Positions 1 to 14,000 of a DNA stretch of 64,000 bases are shown here, piece after piece (within the stretch, counting starts at the first letter, position 1; each line of letters begins with the position of its first letter). Both the position numbers and the translations under genes were made by a program. Source of the DNA: Bugula neritina (lineage: Eukaryota > Animalia > Bryozoa); the NCBI GenBank assembly GCA_964035545.1, contig OZ037770.1, positions 13,630,642-13,694,641 of the forward strand, in the 5' to 3' direction. The notes under the pieces were generated by a model, which worked only from the letters and a program-made list of their open reading frames with translations, did no database searches and was not told the DNA's origin.

Positions 1-3000
1 GACTTATGAGTATTACAATTACATTTTATCCCCCAACTAGTATTACGAATTACATTCAATTTGAATTACTATGAAAAATGTAATTAGTTCCACCCATTTT
101 GATTTTGATTTACAAATACTGAAATAGAAACCCCAACCATCACCCTGGTAGTGGTACTTAGTCTCACAGTTATACTTACACTTACAGTTACAGTATAATA
201 ATACTAATACTAATAGTATAAGTCTTAGTTATTTATCATAATGATAACATTATTAATAATTATTATGCTACTTAACATTATTAATATTAAAATTATAGTT
301 ATTGCTTTATCATTACATTATCATAATCATTATCATTATGATTAAGCTTATACTTACAGGAAAATTAAAATCTAACTGTTTTACTTTTAACAATGAGTAT
401 GAACTATTAACTTAATACTTATACTAGTTCAACCTAAAACTCGTACCGTTTAGTCGCAATGGAAACAGTTGCTTGAACCGAGTTCCTCAATAACTAGGCC
501 TAGTACCGCTGAACTAAAAATGATATTTTTTCAGTTCAGTGTCTAGTACACCATGACCATAGCCAAAAACTGTTCGGTTTAGAGCATTTGTCACGCAGAG
601 TGATGTTTACCCTTTGATATCATGCTAGGCTTGGAATCAAAACTTGTGCAACTCGGACTATTTTTCACAAACGCTAACCATTCTGACCCTCTGACCTTTC
701 AGTTTGTCCTTGAAACATACGCAGGTATTCAGATTGGGATTTTCATTATAATTATGATCATGATAATGATTATCATTAGAACCCAAATTGAAGTTGCAAT
801 TGCATTCCCTACCATTTCAAATTTTAACTATTTTTAACCGAAAAGCTGTTTCTTTTAATTTTGATTCAGCTAAGTTTATGATATCCGAGTAATTAAATTT
901 CAATTTCATTTTGGCACTGTAAGTGTAAGTGAAAAAGTTAGTAACACTAACTGTAACTGTAAGTGTAACTCTAACTCAGTAAGTGTAACACTAACAGTAA
1001 CACGAACTGTGTAACTGTAAGTGTAAACTCAAACTGTGTAAGACTAACTCTAAGAGTAAGAGCAAGATTAACAGGAACTCGCTAACTCTAACTAAAGTCT
1101 AAGCAGCAAGTGTAGCTAACTTACTAAATCAGTAGCTGTAAGTGTAACAGTAACTGTAGCTCAAACTCAAACTGTAAGGGTTACTAAGACTAGTAAGTCA
1201 TAACATATTACTATTAAATAAGTGTATATAATAAAATAAAACCACGTCATCTCTGACAGTCACGATGACACTCAGTCTCACCCACTAACAGTAACTGAAA
1301 GTCCAAGTGAATTATTCTCATTTTATTTTTCTCAAATTTATATGATTGTAGTAAAATTGAAAGTCAAGTTCAACATCAAGAACCATAGGCTTACTCTTAG
1401 AGTTCTCTTGCTCACAAGCTTAAAGTGAAGGTAAAGAATAAGTATATTAATAATTGTTAATCTAATATTTACCTGTACCTCTTCTTGACGTGAAAGAGTC
1501 GGCCAAGCGAAGAAGGCCAGTGGCTAAACTAATAGTAATATAATAACAATACTATCACTAAAAGTAATAATAGCAATTGTGATTTAGATTAGGCTGAGAG
1601 CAATTTCATTTTGTAGAACTTTAAGAAAATAAAGTTTACAATCAGTATCACAATGGAAATAGTTATAACACTCAAATTCTATATCATAATCTTAAAGTTA
1701 ATGATAACCATTAACCGATAACATTAACTGACACTCCCTGTTAGACCCAGTTTTAACTCACTCTGATGATAATAAAGTAGTAGTAGGACTAAATTCTTAA
1801 ATTAAAAATAGTATCTATTTTAAAAAAATCTTAGAGTTTGAAAGGATTACATGGCTTGGTTTATGGCTGTTATGTTAAAGCTGACTGTGTTTTGCAATGG
1901 TTTGCCATGGTTACTTATTACTATGACTACTACTGTAACTATTATAGTGGCAGCTTGAACAACAATTAGTCTACGGCATATGGTTATACCTTAGACTTGG
2001 TCTAAATATTTTATATATAAAAAACAATATATGCATTCATACAAAATATATATTATACTGTGTAAAGATCAGCTCTGTGCATGAAAAAACAAGTATTTAT
2101 AAGCACATGAGTAATTGTGTAATTGCTTATAACGCAGGTGCTTGCAATAATTAATTATTTATGCTTGCATTTACAATTTTAATTACATTGTGGTTTTGAC
2201 CCTACCTTCCAGCTTCAAAAGAAGAAAGTTTTTCAAAAAAGGCTGTAAATGCTGCAATTTTTAGATTTTACTGGTGTAATGTAAACCTTCTCTGCTTATA
2301 CTAAAGTATTGCTAGGTATTAATTCCCATGGCATTTGGAGACCACAGACTATTGGAGTTGTATTCTCAACTAGTGAGTCCTAGAGTTTGCTTAGTCAGGT
2401 CACTGTCTGTTTTGGGTATTTACTCTGGCAGCTTTTGCTTGCATCACTATGAATATGATTTTAGTGATAGTTTCTATGGGTCTATGGGTACGATTTCAGT
2501 GAAAGCTATTTTAAAATAAGATTAATGTTGTGAGTCACTGAGCTTGTGGTAAGTAAAAAGTCCAATTCAAGCAGCTACAATGTGCTGTGGGGATATTTGA
2601 ATTTTTGGAACTTTTTGTTTCAATTACATGTTTATAAAAATTCTTCATTTGGAAGTAAACTTCAGTAATTACCAGTTTAGATTTAATGTATTTGTGGCTG
2701 CTGTGCTTAGGAGCAGTGCTAGTATTGAACTTAGTAGTACTAGTATAACATGATTAACTATATTACTTTTATATTTTATTTTATATATGAATAATTGCAA
2801 TAAAGTGAGCTTGAATTGCCATAATAATATTTGGTCTAGTATCATGTCTTCCTCAAATATATATTGCATCAAACATGGGAATTTAAGGGGCTTACTGTAT
2901 TTATCCCAGTTCTCAGTTCTGGACACTAAATCAGTCGAACCTTTGATCTAGCAATTTATGTGAACTCAATCAGATTAATAAGCATTCCCCCCAGATAGCT

Positions 3001-5039
3001 ACTTTTGAGTTTCATAAAATTATAATCAGCAATTCTACAGTAGATTAATATTGTGACACAATAGCTTTTATAAATTAGCTTTTATGATGTTTGTTTAAAA
3101 ATAAATTTACAGAGTAAGTGAACTTACTATATGAAAGTGTAACACTGAAGAGCAAAGTTGATAAATAATTTAAAATGTAAGTTTACCAAGTTTTCTCAAT
3201 GTGCTAAAATTTTCCGGCATTTAGCTGTGGGAAGTTTGTACCCACTATGTACTCTATTTAATGGGTTGGTTGCCATCTGGCAAGAAGCAACTTTTCACAG
3301 TAGCTCAAAAAATAGCTGTTTTAATTAAGTCCAAAACAGCCATTTTGTTATGCATCCAACTCTGAATGAAATGCCAATATAAGTATGGGAAAGCTAATTT
3401 TTTGGAGCTGCAAAAACACTTGGGTCATTGAATCTCAATAACTGCTGTGGTTTTTTAAAAGACTTTTTTTGCAGAAATGATTGTTGGTCAGTAATTGCTT
3501 TATTTGAAAAAATATAGGCAAATAACCCCAATTTTTGGGAAGTAAGTGGTAGGTTTATCTTGGCAGCCCTTTTTCATTGTTAATCAGTTTCTCTGATATG
3601 GAGGCGTTTCACTTCTAGCTCCATGTAGATTTCTGGCAAGAAATAATTCAACTGTTTCTAAAGTGATTGATTGGTCTGAGAATGTTTTGAATAGAATTGA
3701 AAGGCTTCCCTTTTTATTGTTTTACCTGTCAATTTGCAGAGTGAAACATACTATTTAAATGAAATATTTGCTTTTCAAAGACTGTTGTTAATCAAAGCTA
3801 TTTAAACAGCAGAATTACTAGCATCTTTAAGAAGTTTAAATTATTTCAGGCGGTACAGGAATATATTTGCAACATTTCAAATTGATAAGGCTTTTGCAGC
3901 TATACTTTTTGTACCCAACTTCCTCCGTAGACTTGTCTTTTTTTGTGAGGAAATTGAAATAACTTATGCAGGTCTTTATTAGCTACTTAATTATTCACAC
4001 TTTTTGTGGTAACCTGCCTCTCTACTTTCTTCCCATATGCTGTTTCTGGCACATCTTCTCAGCTTCTTTTAAGGTCTCATTTAACTGCAGCATTCTCACC
4101 CATTTTCTTCCTGGTTAAGTCAATAACATTCAGAGAAAAATATGCCAATATGTTAATACATTTTTTAAGATCAATGCATTTTTATGATCTTTATTTTCAT
4201 ATAATAGCAATTTAACTTGTTTGAATAATGCTGCCCCCTGGTGTTGTCATCTGGGAGTTATCACACCTGTGTGGGTTGATAAATCTTTTAACAAATATGA
4301 ACCTTGCCTGTTTTAATTCACTTTAAACTGGCCAGCGGTCTTTGTAGTGTTCTTTTATTTTAGTTTCTTGTTTGAAGTTTACACAATCGTTTTGGTGAGT
4401 GGTTTTGAGAGGATATTTTCTTTTTTACCATGAAAGGAAAATTTAGCTTTGTAGTTTGTCAAAATGATTTTGATGTGTCAGTCTTGTCACTGAATAGATT
4501 TAGTAAGGAACAAAATAAGCCAATATCTGTACCCATTACTTTAATTAATACTTTATAGTTTTCATCTCATAATCACTTGTTTCCCATGTATGATCTAAGT
4601 CCTAAGTCCTTATGTGTTGCAGTTCCAACTAAGATACATAAAAATTTTTTATGTATCTTAGTTAGAGCTCAAATTAGCATGTTGATGGCAGTCTATTTCT
4701 ACAATAACATGAAATTGTGTTTATTGTTCGTATCTAATTCTTCATGGCCCTTATAGCTGATTGTTCTCGTTGACAGAGTGCTATTGTAAGGTCCACTTTG
4801 CTGTAGAATTGTGGGTTTTTGAATATGTTGAGTTCTAAAATTCCTCTTAAAGCCACAAATGTTTGAATTTCATCTACATTTTAAATATTAGGTTACAACA
4901 AAGCTGTAACAGCTGAAGAAAAGTGTTCACCCATTTTAACCTTATAAGCGGTGAAGTTTCGTTTCAAGCTTATCGGACTTGTTTTTCTAATGCAAAGTTG
5001 ATATTCAATGGATGTTTATCGAATTTTAAGTTGTTTGTT

Positions 5040-5390
5040 AAAAAAATGGCTTTGGGAGACAAGTCGAAGATGTGCTGGAACCAATTTTGTATCGCTTAGC
5101 ATCTTAGCGGAGAGCCCTAACTAATCGAGCAATAATGCTGTACTAACAGCTCGTTATAAGGTCAATAGCTTTAGGCTATTCGCTCCATTGAGTTTATTTA
5201 TTGACCTGTGAATGTCCTTAGCAATCAACCAATAAGACGCGAGCACCCGTAACTGATTCCACAGTCCTGCAGAAGCACGTTTATCACTAGAGTCGTAAGA
5301 TTTTATTCCAACGGTCGTCAGTTAGTTGCCAGCTTGTTAATTCAGTATTCACACAATTCTGCATCTAATTTCCTCTCTGCCTAGGGGTGA
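5040..5390 (+). promoter_or_regulatory. Putative RXR promoter and non-coding first exon
   Basis: Local CpG enrichment, CCAAT, AAAATGGC (YY1-like), and a consensus GG|GTGAGT donor at ~5387. The RXR ATG exon has its own acceptor at 7998, so an upstream exon is expected. Confidence 0.35.
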
Positions 5391-5674
5391 GTATTGCCTA
5401 CTAACTAGCCGCTTCTATATCTTTTTGTGGTTATAGGTCACCCTCTTGGTTTTCATTGCCCATCATTATACTTATACTTAAGTTATACTTATAGTTATTG
5501 ACTGTAATTGCAGTTGAGTAAGTGTTAGACTTAGAGTTAGTGTAAAACTCTACAAGTATAACTATAAGTGATAAGTTAAAGTAAATTTAATTACTAATAA
5601 GTATTAGTCTACTACTATAAGCAATAGTATCCGTATGAATTAGGTTATACTTATAAAAGTAGTCAAAGTGATAG

Positions 5675-5770
5675 AAAGCAGCTGTGGTCTGGTGGTTAGA
5701 GCACTTGCTTAGTAAACACAAGGTGAAGGTCAGTGGCAATGGCATCACTGGCATGAAATTGAATCCAGTG
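5675..5770 (+). mobile_element. Degenerate SINE head, same family
   Basis: GTGGTCTGGTGGTTAGAGCACTTGCTTAGTAAACACAAGGT matches the SINE 5' end. Confidence 0.55.
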
Positions 5771-7684
5771 AATGTAATGCGTGATGGTAAAACTCGAAAC
5801 TGAAAGTGAAAGGGCATTCAGTTTCACCATTCACTTTCAGCCATAACCACAATTGCTCCTTAGCCACAATAAAAAACAACACTTCAGTTTTTCCATCGAA
5901 ATTTGTCACAGAAAAGTGAGTTTTATAACCATAATGAATATCAATATGATGCAGTTCAAGTCTCACATTTATTTTTTAATAAAATGATTCAAGCATTCAT
6001 TTCAGTTGCCTTCTCATTGTTGTTTCGGTCAGAAAAGCTCAAGCTAATTTCTCCATTTGGTAATGAGTGTATTCATTTACTTCAACCGTCTTGAGTTCAA
6101 GATTATCACAATGACTATGAGTATGATTGTAACAATCACAAGATGAATGTCAAAGGAAACGTTTGCAGTTGTCTACTCTCTGTTGGCTAGGCTTGGTACC
6201 GTATGGCGATCTTTATCTTCAGTTACTTCCTGTTTCCTAGGGTATTTATAGACAGGAACAACCGACATGTAGCTAGTACACTTGTCTGTCCATGGGGTCT
6301 AGTCTGAGCTCCAACTTATTGATGTTTTGCTTTGACCTTTGAATAGTTTTAGCCTCAGTCCAGCTTGTCAAGTCTAATGAGGAGTTTAGGCTAATCTTCG
6401 TTATTTATGTTAGATGTATATTCTTGTTGCTAAATTGGTTTCTCTGTCAAGTTGTAGCTGTTCGACTTTCATCAAAAAAAGTTATTTATTGGAGGGGACA
6501 ATTCCTAAAACTGGCTTTTAAATTTGTAAATATTGTTACAAAAGGAACCATTTTCTCAGCATTGCTAAGTTATAAAAGTGTTGGTCCAAGTTGACTTCAT
6601 CGAATTACGTTTTTGTTTTCAGGAGAAGTTATAAATCACTTGGTTAAATCGTGATGTGTTTATCCCTTTGTAAATGGCTTTGTTTAGTTCAAAGTGCAGA
6701 AGGGAAAATGACCCTATTCTAGTTGGAAAAGCCCTCATTATTTAGCCTTTGATGCAGTTTCTTCAAAGGCTATATTTGAACAAACCACTTTCATTTCATT
6801 TCTAGATCTGAAAATTAAACTTTCCAAGCAGCTGCAAAACATTGAACTAGTTAAACTACACTATCTTGTTGATAAAGCTCATTCTTTTCATGTTTTGCTG
6901 TTTTGGTATCATTTCTAAACCCTCTTGAATCTAGATGAGGGAAGGGCTTTGGGAATCTCAACTCACTTGGGGTTGCCAGGTTTCCATCGTGAAAATTCAG
7001 CAGAAATAGGGGAAGCTGTACATTACTCCCTCACTGGCATATGCTTATCAGACAGCTGTTTCTAGAATGTTAAAAAATATAATCTAGCAGTATTATAATT
7101 CAATTGTGAAAAGTGAATGGGGCCAAAGTTTGCACTTGGAGTGTACTAACCAGTCCACTTTCCAGTCTGGAGTCTAAAGGGACCTAGTAGCAGGGACGAA
7201 TACTAATCCCTTCAGTTGAATTCACTTTTTTAATACAATAAACTGGCCATATACTAGGATAACTATAATAATTCGCAGCAGTATGCCATTAGAGATACTA
7301 ATTTCACTTTCATTTTAATCCTGCAGCTGCCATTGTTAGTGCTGTGTTCATTTGTCAACCTCAGACTCTGGCTGTCACCTTGTGGTTGTCTAGTGTGTCT
7401 TATGGTCTTTCTGCTATGCTGTGTCTACATTATACTATACTGTAGAATGTAGATAATATATAACACTGTAACTAATATATAACACTGTAACTAATATATA
7501 ACACTGTAGATACGAAACACTGTATACATATATAATGTTGTAGATACCTTATATAATATCTACAAGACAGTAGATGATACAGGGCAGTTGATATAGAATA
7601 TAGCATACTCTGTATAATAGAATCACATTAGACCAACTATCTAATGCTATGTTGTACATTGTATTAGCTTAAAATCGACTGTTC

Positions 7685-7843
7685 ATGTGCATGTCAGACT
7701 ACAGTCGAAACTGAACTGTGAACGCATGCAGAAAATTGACAGTTGCGATCAGAAATCAGACAGTTGTGACGTCACAGAGTTCAACGTTTAGCCTCGAAAA
7801 ACTCGTTCACAGTTCAGTTTCAACTATAGTCTGTCATGCACAT
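7685..7843. mobile_element. Short MITE-like inverted-repeat element
   Basis: 40-bp arms ATGTGCATGTCAGACTACAGTCGAAACTGAACTGTGAACG and its near-perfect reverse complement, separated by ~80 bp. Confidence 0.7.
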
Positions 7844-8046
7844 TAGAACTTCATTTTCTACCAAAAGTTTATTTTCTTCATTCAGTTTAAAGTTTTCCTC
7901 CATTTTCTTGTACAACAGAACCCCTGCACCTTAGGTAACTTCCTACTTTTCTCATCTCTGTTCAAATGGCTGGCATAATATTCTTTTGCATGTTCCAGAC
8001 CTTTCCTTGATATCTGGCTACTGAGTGGGTAGACTTAGCTCCTAGG

Positions 8047-11000
8047 ATGATGAATGGAGCGCCGGGTGGGCACGGGCCTGGACTGCCCCATGATATGAAG
8101 CCAGACCTCAGTCACATTCACAGCATGATGCAGCAGCAGCACGCCATGAACGCCATAACCCAGCAGGGTTACTACTACCCCATGTCAACGAACTCCCCCA
8201 CCGGTATACTGCATAGCCCGGTGTCTAGCATAGGATCTGCAGGTAAGTTGGCATACTGCATAGCCCGGTGTCTAGCATAGCATCTGCAGGTAGGTTGGCA
8301 CACTGCATAGCCCGGTGTCTAGCATAGCATCTGCAGGTAGGTTGGCATACTGCATAGCCCGGTGTCTAGCATAGGACCTGCAGGTAGGTTGGCATACTGC
8401 ATAGCCCGGTGTCTAGCATAGCATCTGCAGGTAGGTTGGCATACTGCATAGCCCGGTGTCTAGCATAGGATCTGCAGGTAAGTTGGCATACTGCATAGCC
8501 CGGTGTCTAGCATAGCATCTGCAGGTAGGTACTGCTGGTACTTCTATTGTCCCATAAATAACCTCCGTCTACTCTTTTCCTGAGCATCTCTTCAGTCTCT
8601 ACCTTCTGCTTCATTCAAGAACTGCCTGGATGTGCAAGTGAAACTGTTACAGTATTTCACACGTGTGCAAGTTTAGTGTTTTTGGCTAAAGATTGACTGG
8701 AAAAGTTGAACCCTGTGTTTACTTTATTCACTTTGATGTCTCAACTGATATCATTTGACGTCTAAACATACCCTCATTAAATTTTAATGTACTAAAGCAT
8801 GGTGTGCCTAGGAGGGGGATACAGAAGGGAGTGGATACCAGACAACATACTAGATAGCTTGCCCAGCTTAAAATGTCACTTAATGTGTCATCAAATTGTA
8901 GCAGTTGGCTTAAAATCAGTACAGGAAACACACATAAAAATGTAATTAAAGGAATGGCTAGGTTTCCAGCCCTTCTGTAAGGGATTGAATAAAACTGTGT
9001 GATATATAAAGTTCATTCGTTTTTGTCTCACGGTCCCATAACTGCCAGACATTCTAATACTCCACCACTCCAGCCACACATCGACTAGTAGAGTAAGTTT
9101 TTACTGCTGTGTAAATGTAGATGTGGTCTCATCCTATCGTATGCCCTTAGTGAGCACATTCCAGAAACATTGCTATTTCATAACTGATACACAATCGGTT
9201 GACTTTCATTAAAATCTCCACCATCATTATAATTGATGAGGCAACTGAGTGTAGCCATTGGACCCGTTGGCCAACGCAACTACTTCACTGTAATTAATAA
9301 TGTATTTGTAATACTTGTTTCGTAGGGCTAGTGCACACTTGGGCTTTTGTTGTGTGACTGCGCCAGCATAAATCATTCTACTACTTGAAATTTTATTGTT
9401 ATGTTATTAACCGCACGTTGAACAGGTCCTGACCTCGGACATATAATATTATATTGAAGTTGAATTCCCATTTCAATACCACAAGATCGTTCTTGTACTG
9501 TTGGCCCAGCAAGCCACTGAAATGATAGGAGGACTCTAACAGAGCTCTGTGTTGGCTCTTTACTCCTTCGAGTGACTTGCAATTTCCTCTAAATAATTGG
9601 CACATGCCCCAGCTTATCTTCAATGCAATCACTTTATGTAAAAAAAACTGGTAGAACCTGGTATCTATTTTTATCTGCTTATAGCTGGGTACATCTTGTA
9701 ATCAAATTGTAGGATAACCACAATAAAAACAAGTTTACTACCATCTTTATTCGACCCTCTACCCACATGCTTGATGTACATACAGTTGAACCGTGTTTGT
9801 TGTGCCCAGTTCCCTAAGTCCAGATGGTTTTAATATGTTGGTTGATTTGCATGGTTGTTCAATGTGTTATAATTCATGTTAGTTGTAACTATGGTAGTAG
9901 TTGCCTGGGTGTCTTGGTTTCAGTGATGTAAATTTTTGTTTATTATTTCTAGTTTGACATTTAAGTTTGGGACAAGATTGCTAGATTTCATAGTCTGACA
10001 ACAACGTGACACTGTTTCACTAGAAATAAGTTTATTAGAAAAATAGTAGTAGTAGTAGTAGTAGTAGTAGTAGCAGTAGCAGTAGTATTAGTAGTACTGC
10101 ATAATAGTAGTAGTAGTAATAGTACGACTAATACTGCTACTAGCAGTATTAGTAGTAGCAGTATTAGTAATAGTAGTATTAGTAGTAGCAGCAGAAGACA
10201 AATTTTAGCTATCAGTCCAAAATACAACTTGTAGATATAAATAAAGAACTTGGGCTTTAGAAATGTTTTGGCTGCTGCAGCTGTACAGTGGGTAGTTGAG
10301 TGACAGTCTCTCTTCAATCTGGCAGGTTCAGATGGTTTTATTGTATAGTTGATTAATCTCCCTCCCACTTTACCTTTCTATCTCACTCACTCACTGCCAG
10401 TCTTCTCACTCACTCTAATTCACTCTCACTCACTTACTGGCAGTCCCACACTCTCTCTCTAATTCACTCTCACTCACTTACTGGCAGTCTCACACTCATC
10501 CAAAAGTGCAGGTAGGTTCTATAGTGGTGTACAACAACAGTAGTGTATAACAACAGTGATATAACAACAGTGATATATTATCTGTTTGCAGGACTCTACT
10601 CCCCCCTAGAATCTCCCCTTTCCTCCCCCCTCAGCACCACCAGCTCTGTGGGTTCAGTGAAACACATCTGCCAGATCTGTGGAGACAAGGCTAGTGGCAA
10701 GCATTACGGTGTCTACAGGTACGTTACCTCTCTCTCTGTGTACTCTCTGTGTACTCTCTACATGAAAGTAAGTAGTGCTGCACAGCAAGTGCTCCTCCCA
10801 ACTACCCATTGGGAGTTGTATCCTCCTTCATCAAACAGACGATAGTTTCTCTCATAGATGAGTCAAGGCTACCCTGAATCTAGGCAAACTAGGTCACGGT
10901 AGTGCCCTCTGGTGGCTATCTTTATGTAGTAACTTTGTATGACTCATCAAGTGGCAAGCAACCAGATTTCACTACAGCTTCTCAGTTGAAGGAAAATATT

Positions 11001-14000
11001 AGCTATAAGTAGTCTTGTGTTAGAGGATTAAATTGAAAGAGCATAGAAAGAAGTCGCATAAGATTTGTTGGGGCACTTGCTACTACCTTGTAACATAATA
11101 AAACAGCTCTAGGGTTGTTTACTTGCACTGCTTGTTTGTTTGGTGGTTACATAACTTTAGCTTTCATTGTGCATTGTCCACCTGCAGCATGGGAGAGGGG
11201 GATGTAACAGTTGACTTGCTTTGCATTTATACTAAGCGGACATCCATTAGTGCTGCTCAAGAGCTCATTAAAAGACAATGTCATTGCAGAGAAATTTAAA
11301 AGCTTAGGATAGTGTTCTGAAACTTCTTCAACATTCTAGAAAATATAATGTGTATGCAAAGTTTAGTGGAAATATAATTAAAAAATAGTATTTGCAAGTT
11401 TAGTAGAAAAGTATGACTCCATAACGCAGAATTATTGTCTTGGTTTTTTTCAACATTAAAGATCTATGGAAATATGCTTACTTTGCAGTTAAAGAGTTGT
11501 AATCCCAACATATTTTGTATTCTAGCTGCGAGGGATGCAAGGGCTTCTTCAAGAGAACTGTGCGCAAAGATCTGACCTACGCATGCCGAGACGAGAAGTC
11601 ATGTGTGGTGGACAAGAGACAGCGAAACCGCTGCCAATACTGTAGATACATGAAGTGTCTGGCACAGGGCATGAAACGGGACGGTTAGTATACCCCCTTC
11701 CAAACATGTAGCACTGAGGCTACACATAATATGGTCCTCGTTTTATATTCAGAATTCAAACTGTGTGCTCAATGATTTTACTCCCGGAATATTATACTCA
11801 TAGTATATACATGTTGATATAGGGAGCAGCCATGGTCTATACCCTAGGGGTTAGAGTGTTTGGCTTACCAATCACAGTCATATGTCTGATCCCCAATAAA
11901 GGCCATTGATGATGTTAGGAAGAGCATTTAGTCATAAGTCCTTAGCCGTGTTTTATAAAAACAAACCCTTTCCATCAGGGTTTTTCTAGTGAGAGTACGG
12001 ACTATAAAATTGCGTAAGCTTTCATGTAAATGCCAATATTGCAGCTCAAAAACGCACTTTTTTGTCGAGTTTTGGGAGTTGTCAGACCAAGTTTAGTTAG
12101 TCTCTGCAATCCCTTTGTTCTCTGTAGCTGTGCTTAGCAGTGATCCAAAGTCCAACAGTCACGGAGATGGGGGTCGTCATGAGGCAGACTCGCACCAAGA
12201 TGACATGCCGATGGAGAGACTGCTGGAGGCGGAGATGGCCTCCGACCCTCTCACCAACAAGTTCCTGGAGGGCAGCTTCAGCGGTTACTTGACAGCGCAG
12301 AGTAAAGGTTTAGACGCTGGAGACCAGGTGAGATGTGCACAAACAGCGGTAAACCTATGAGTGGCTTCTCCTATTTGAAACAGGAAGAGTAAAAGTGTTA
12401 CCTTGTTTTTTTGTGTGCAAAGCTCCAGTTACTTTTATGTGACTTTGATATTCATCTCACGGGACTTGCTGGCTGTTTTAGTTTGATCTTGCTAAACCCT
12501 CACAACTTACGATAAGTATTCTTGTCTCTCTTCTGTCTGTCTTACTCCAATTCCACTGAGAGCTAGGCACTAGTTTGGTGTGTGGAGCAGTCAAGTGGTT
12601 CATATGGCGTATATTTGGCAGTTGTCTTCTCTGACTTGCTGACATGTTACCCTTTGTCTGTGAATGGTTATTGTCTTCTCCTAGTTTCACAGTATTCTTT
12701 CTCTCTGTCATTATATTCTTAGTTTTATTGACATGCAACCAAGTTAGCAGTTGTTTTTCCCTTGCATTCAACTGTTCAAGTTTCAAACTTTTATTAACTT
12801 CTCTCTCAATTCTATCTTATTACTCGGAAAATCTGTCAAACTTTAGAAATCAACAGCCCAAAGATAATCTACAAGTTATTTTAGCCACTCTGAAATTCAG
12901 CTGAACGTTCACTCAATGAATCTTGTAATGCGACAAAGATGGCCGACTTTAGTCTCTATCTTTATAACCACTTTATAACTTGGTTCTTTGCATGTAACCA
13001 CCGGAATAGTTGTATGCCTTCTGTCCAAGCTCTTTCTTGGCTACAGCTATAGGGTGCTGTCTTGATTGCCACTCTATCTTACAAAGTAGTTGGTATACTC
13101 TATCTCTCAATAATTGTTACTGTGACATCCGATAATGGTTACTGTATCAGCTGATAATTGTTGCTGCGTCAGCACGGATGCTGGATGCTGTTTGGCACGG
13201 ATGCCTATGTATTGTGATTCACTTAATGAAGGGTGAATGGATGTAGGACACAGATGCAGGCCACAACTCTATTTTTGTCTATTGCCAACAGTATATTTTC
13301 TAAGTTAGACCTCATTCATACTTAGACTCATACTCATACTTATACTCATACTTGTACTCATACTTGTACTGTAACTGTACTGTAACTGTACTGTAACCTA
13401 TAACCATGAAAATTGCAAACATATTGTTAACTTAACATTAATTACATAGCTGACAAAAACATTTAGTTAATGAAGTTAAAAACAAAAGATAATATTATAC
13501 TTGATACTTACAATTATTTTGACAATTGAGTATAGATTGCCTGCATCTTTAGCAGGAGGAAAATTGAGCTACACTGACTCATCGATCAAAAACTGTCAGT
13601 AAATAGCTATCGCGAAAGCTTTCACAAATAGCTTTCGGTACACAATGGTTTTTTGGAAAGCTGCCAAAAAGCCACTGCAACAGTCTCTCTCTAACTGAAT
13701 GATTCTATAAGCAGCTTCGAGTAGTTTAGGATTCTTGAGTTTGGAGTTGAAACTTGAAACCCCAACTTCAAACTTTAGAATCCTAAACTACTTTACTCCT
13801 TCACCTCGAACTCAGTGCTGCTTATGGAATGATTCTTATTTTTACGACTGGGTTAGCCTGTGGCCCAAGAGTTAGACTCTAAACATGTTAGTTGGTGTTT
13901 AATCAGTTTGTGTTCTTCTTTTCTACAACGAGCAGCAGGAGATGGTGACTAGCATATGCCAGGCAGCAGACAAACAACTGCTCTCATTGGTGGAGTGGGC

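Noticed and set aside
622-6094. Short ORFs in the first 6 kb
   Set aside because: No recognisable domains or consistent exon structure. Several derive from low-complexity tracts.
8560-9660. Possible decayed transposon coding sequence or hammerhead-like motif in RXR intron 1
   Set aside because: Only short ORFs with no recognisable domain. CTGAAGA...GAAA is present on the minus strand but without the required stems.
9988-10368. 126-aa ORF with poly-Leu/Thr
   Set aside because: Translation of an (AGT)n microsatellite, antisense within an RXR intron.
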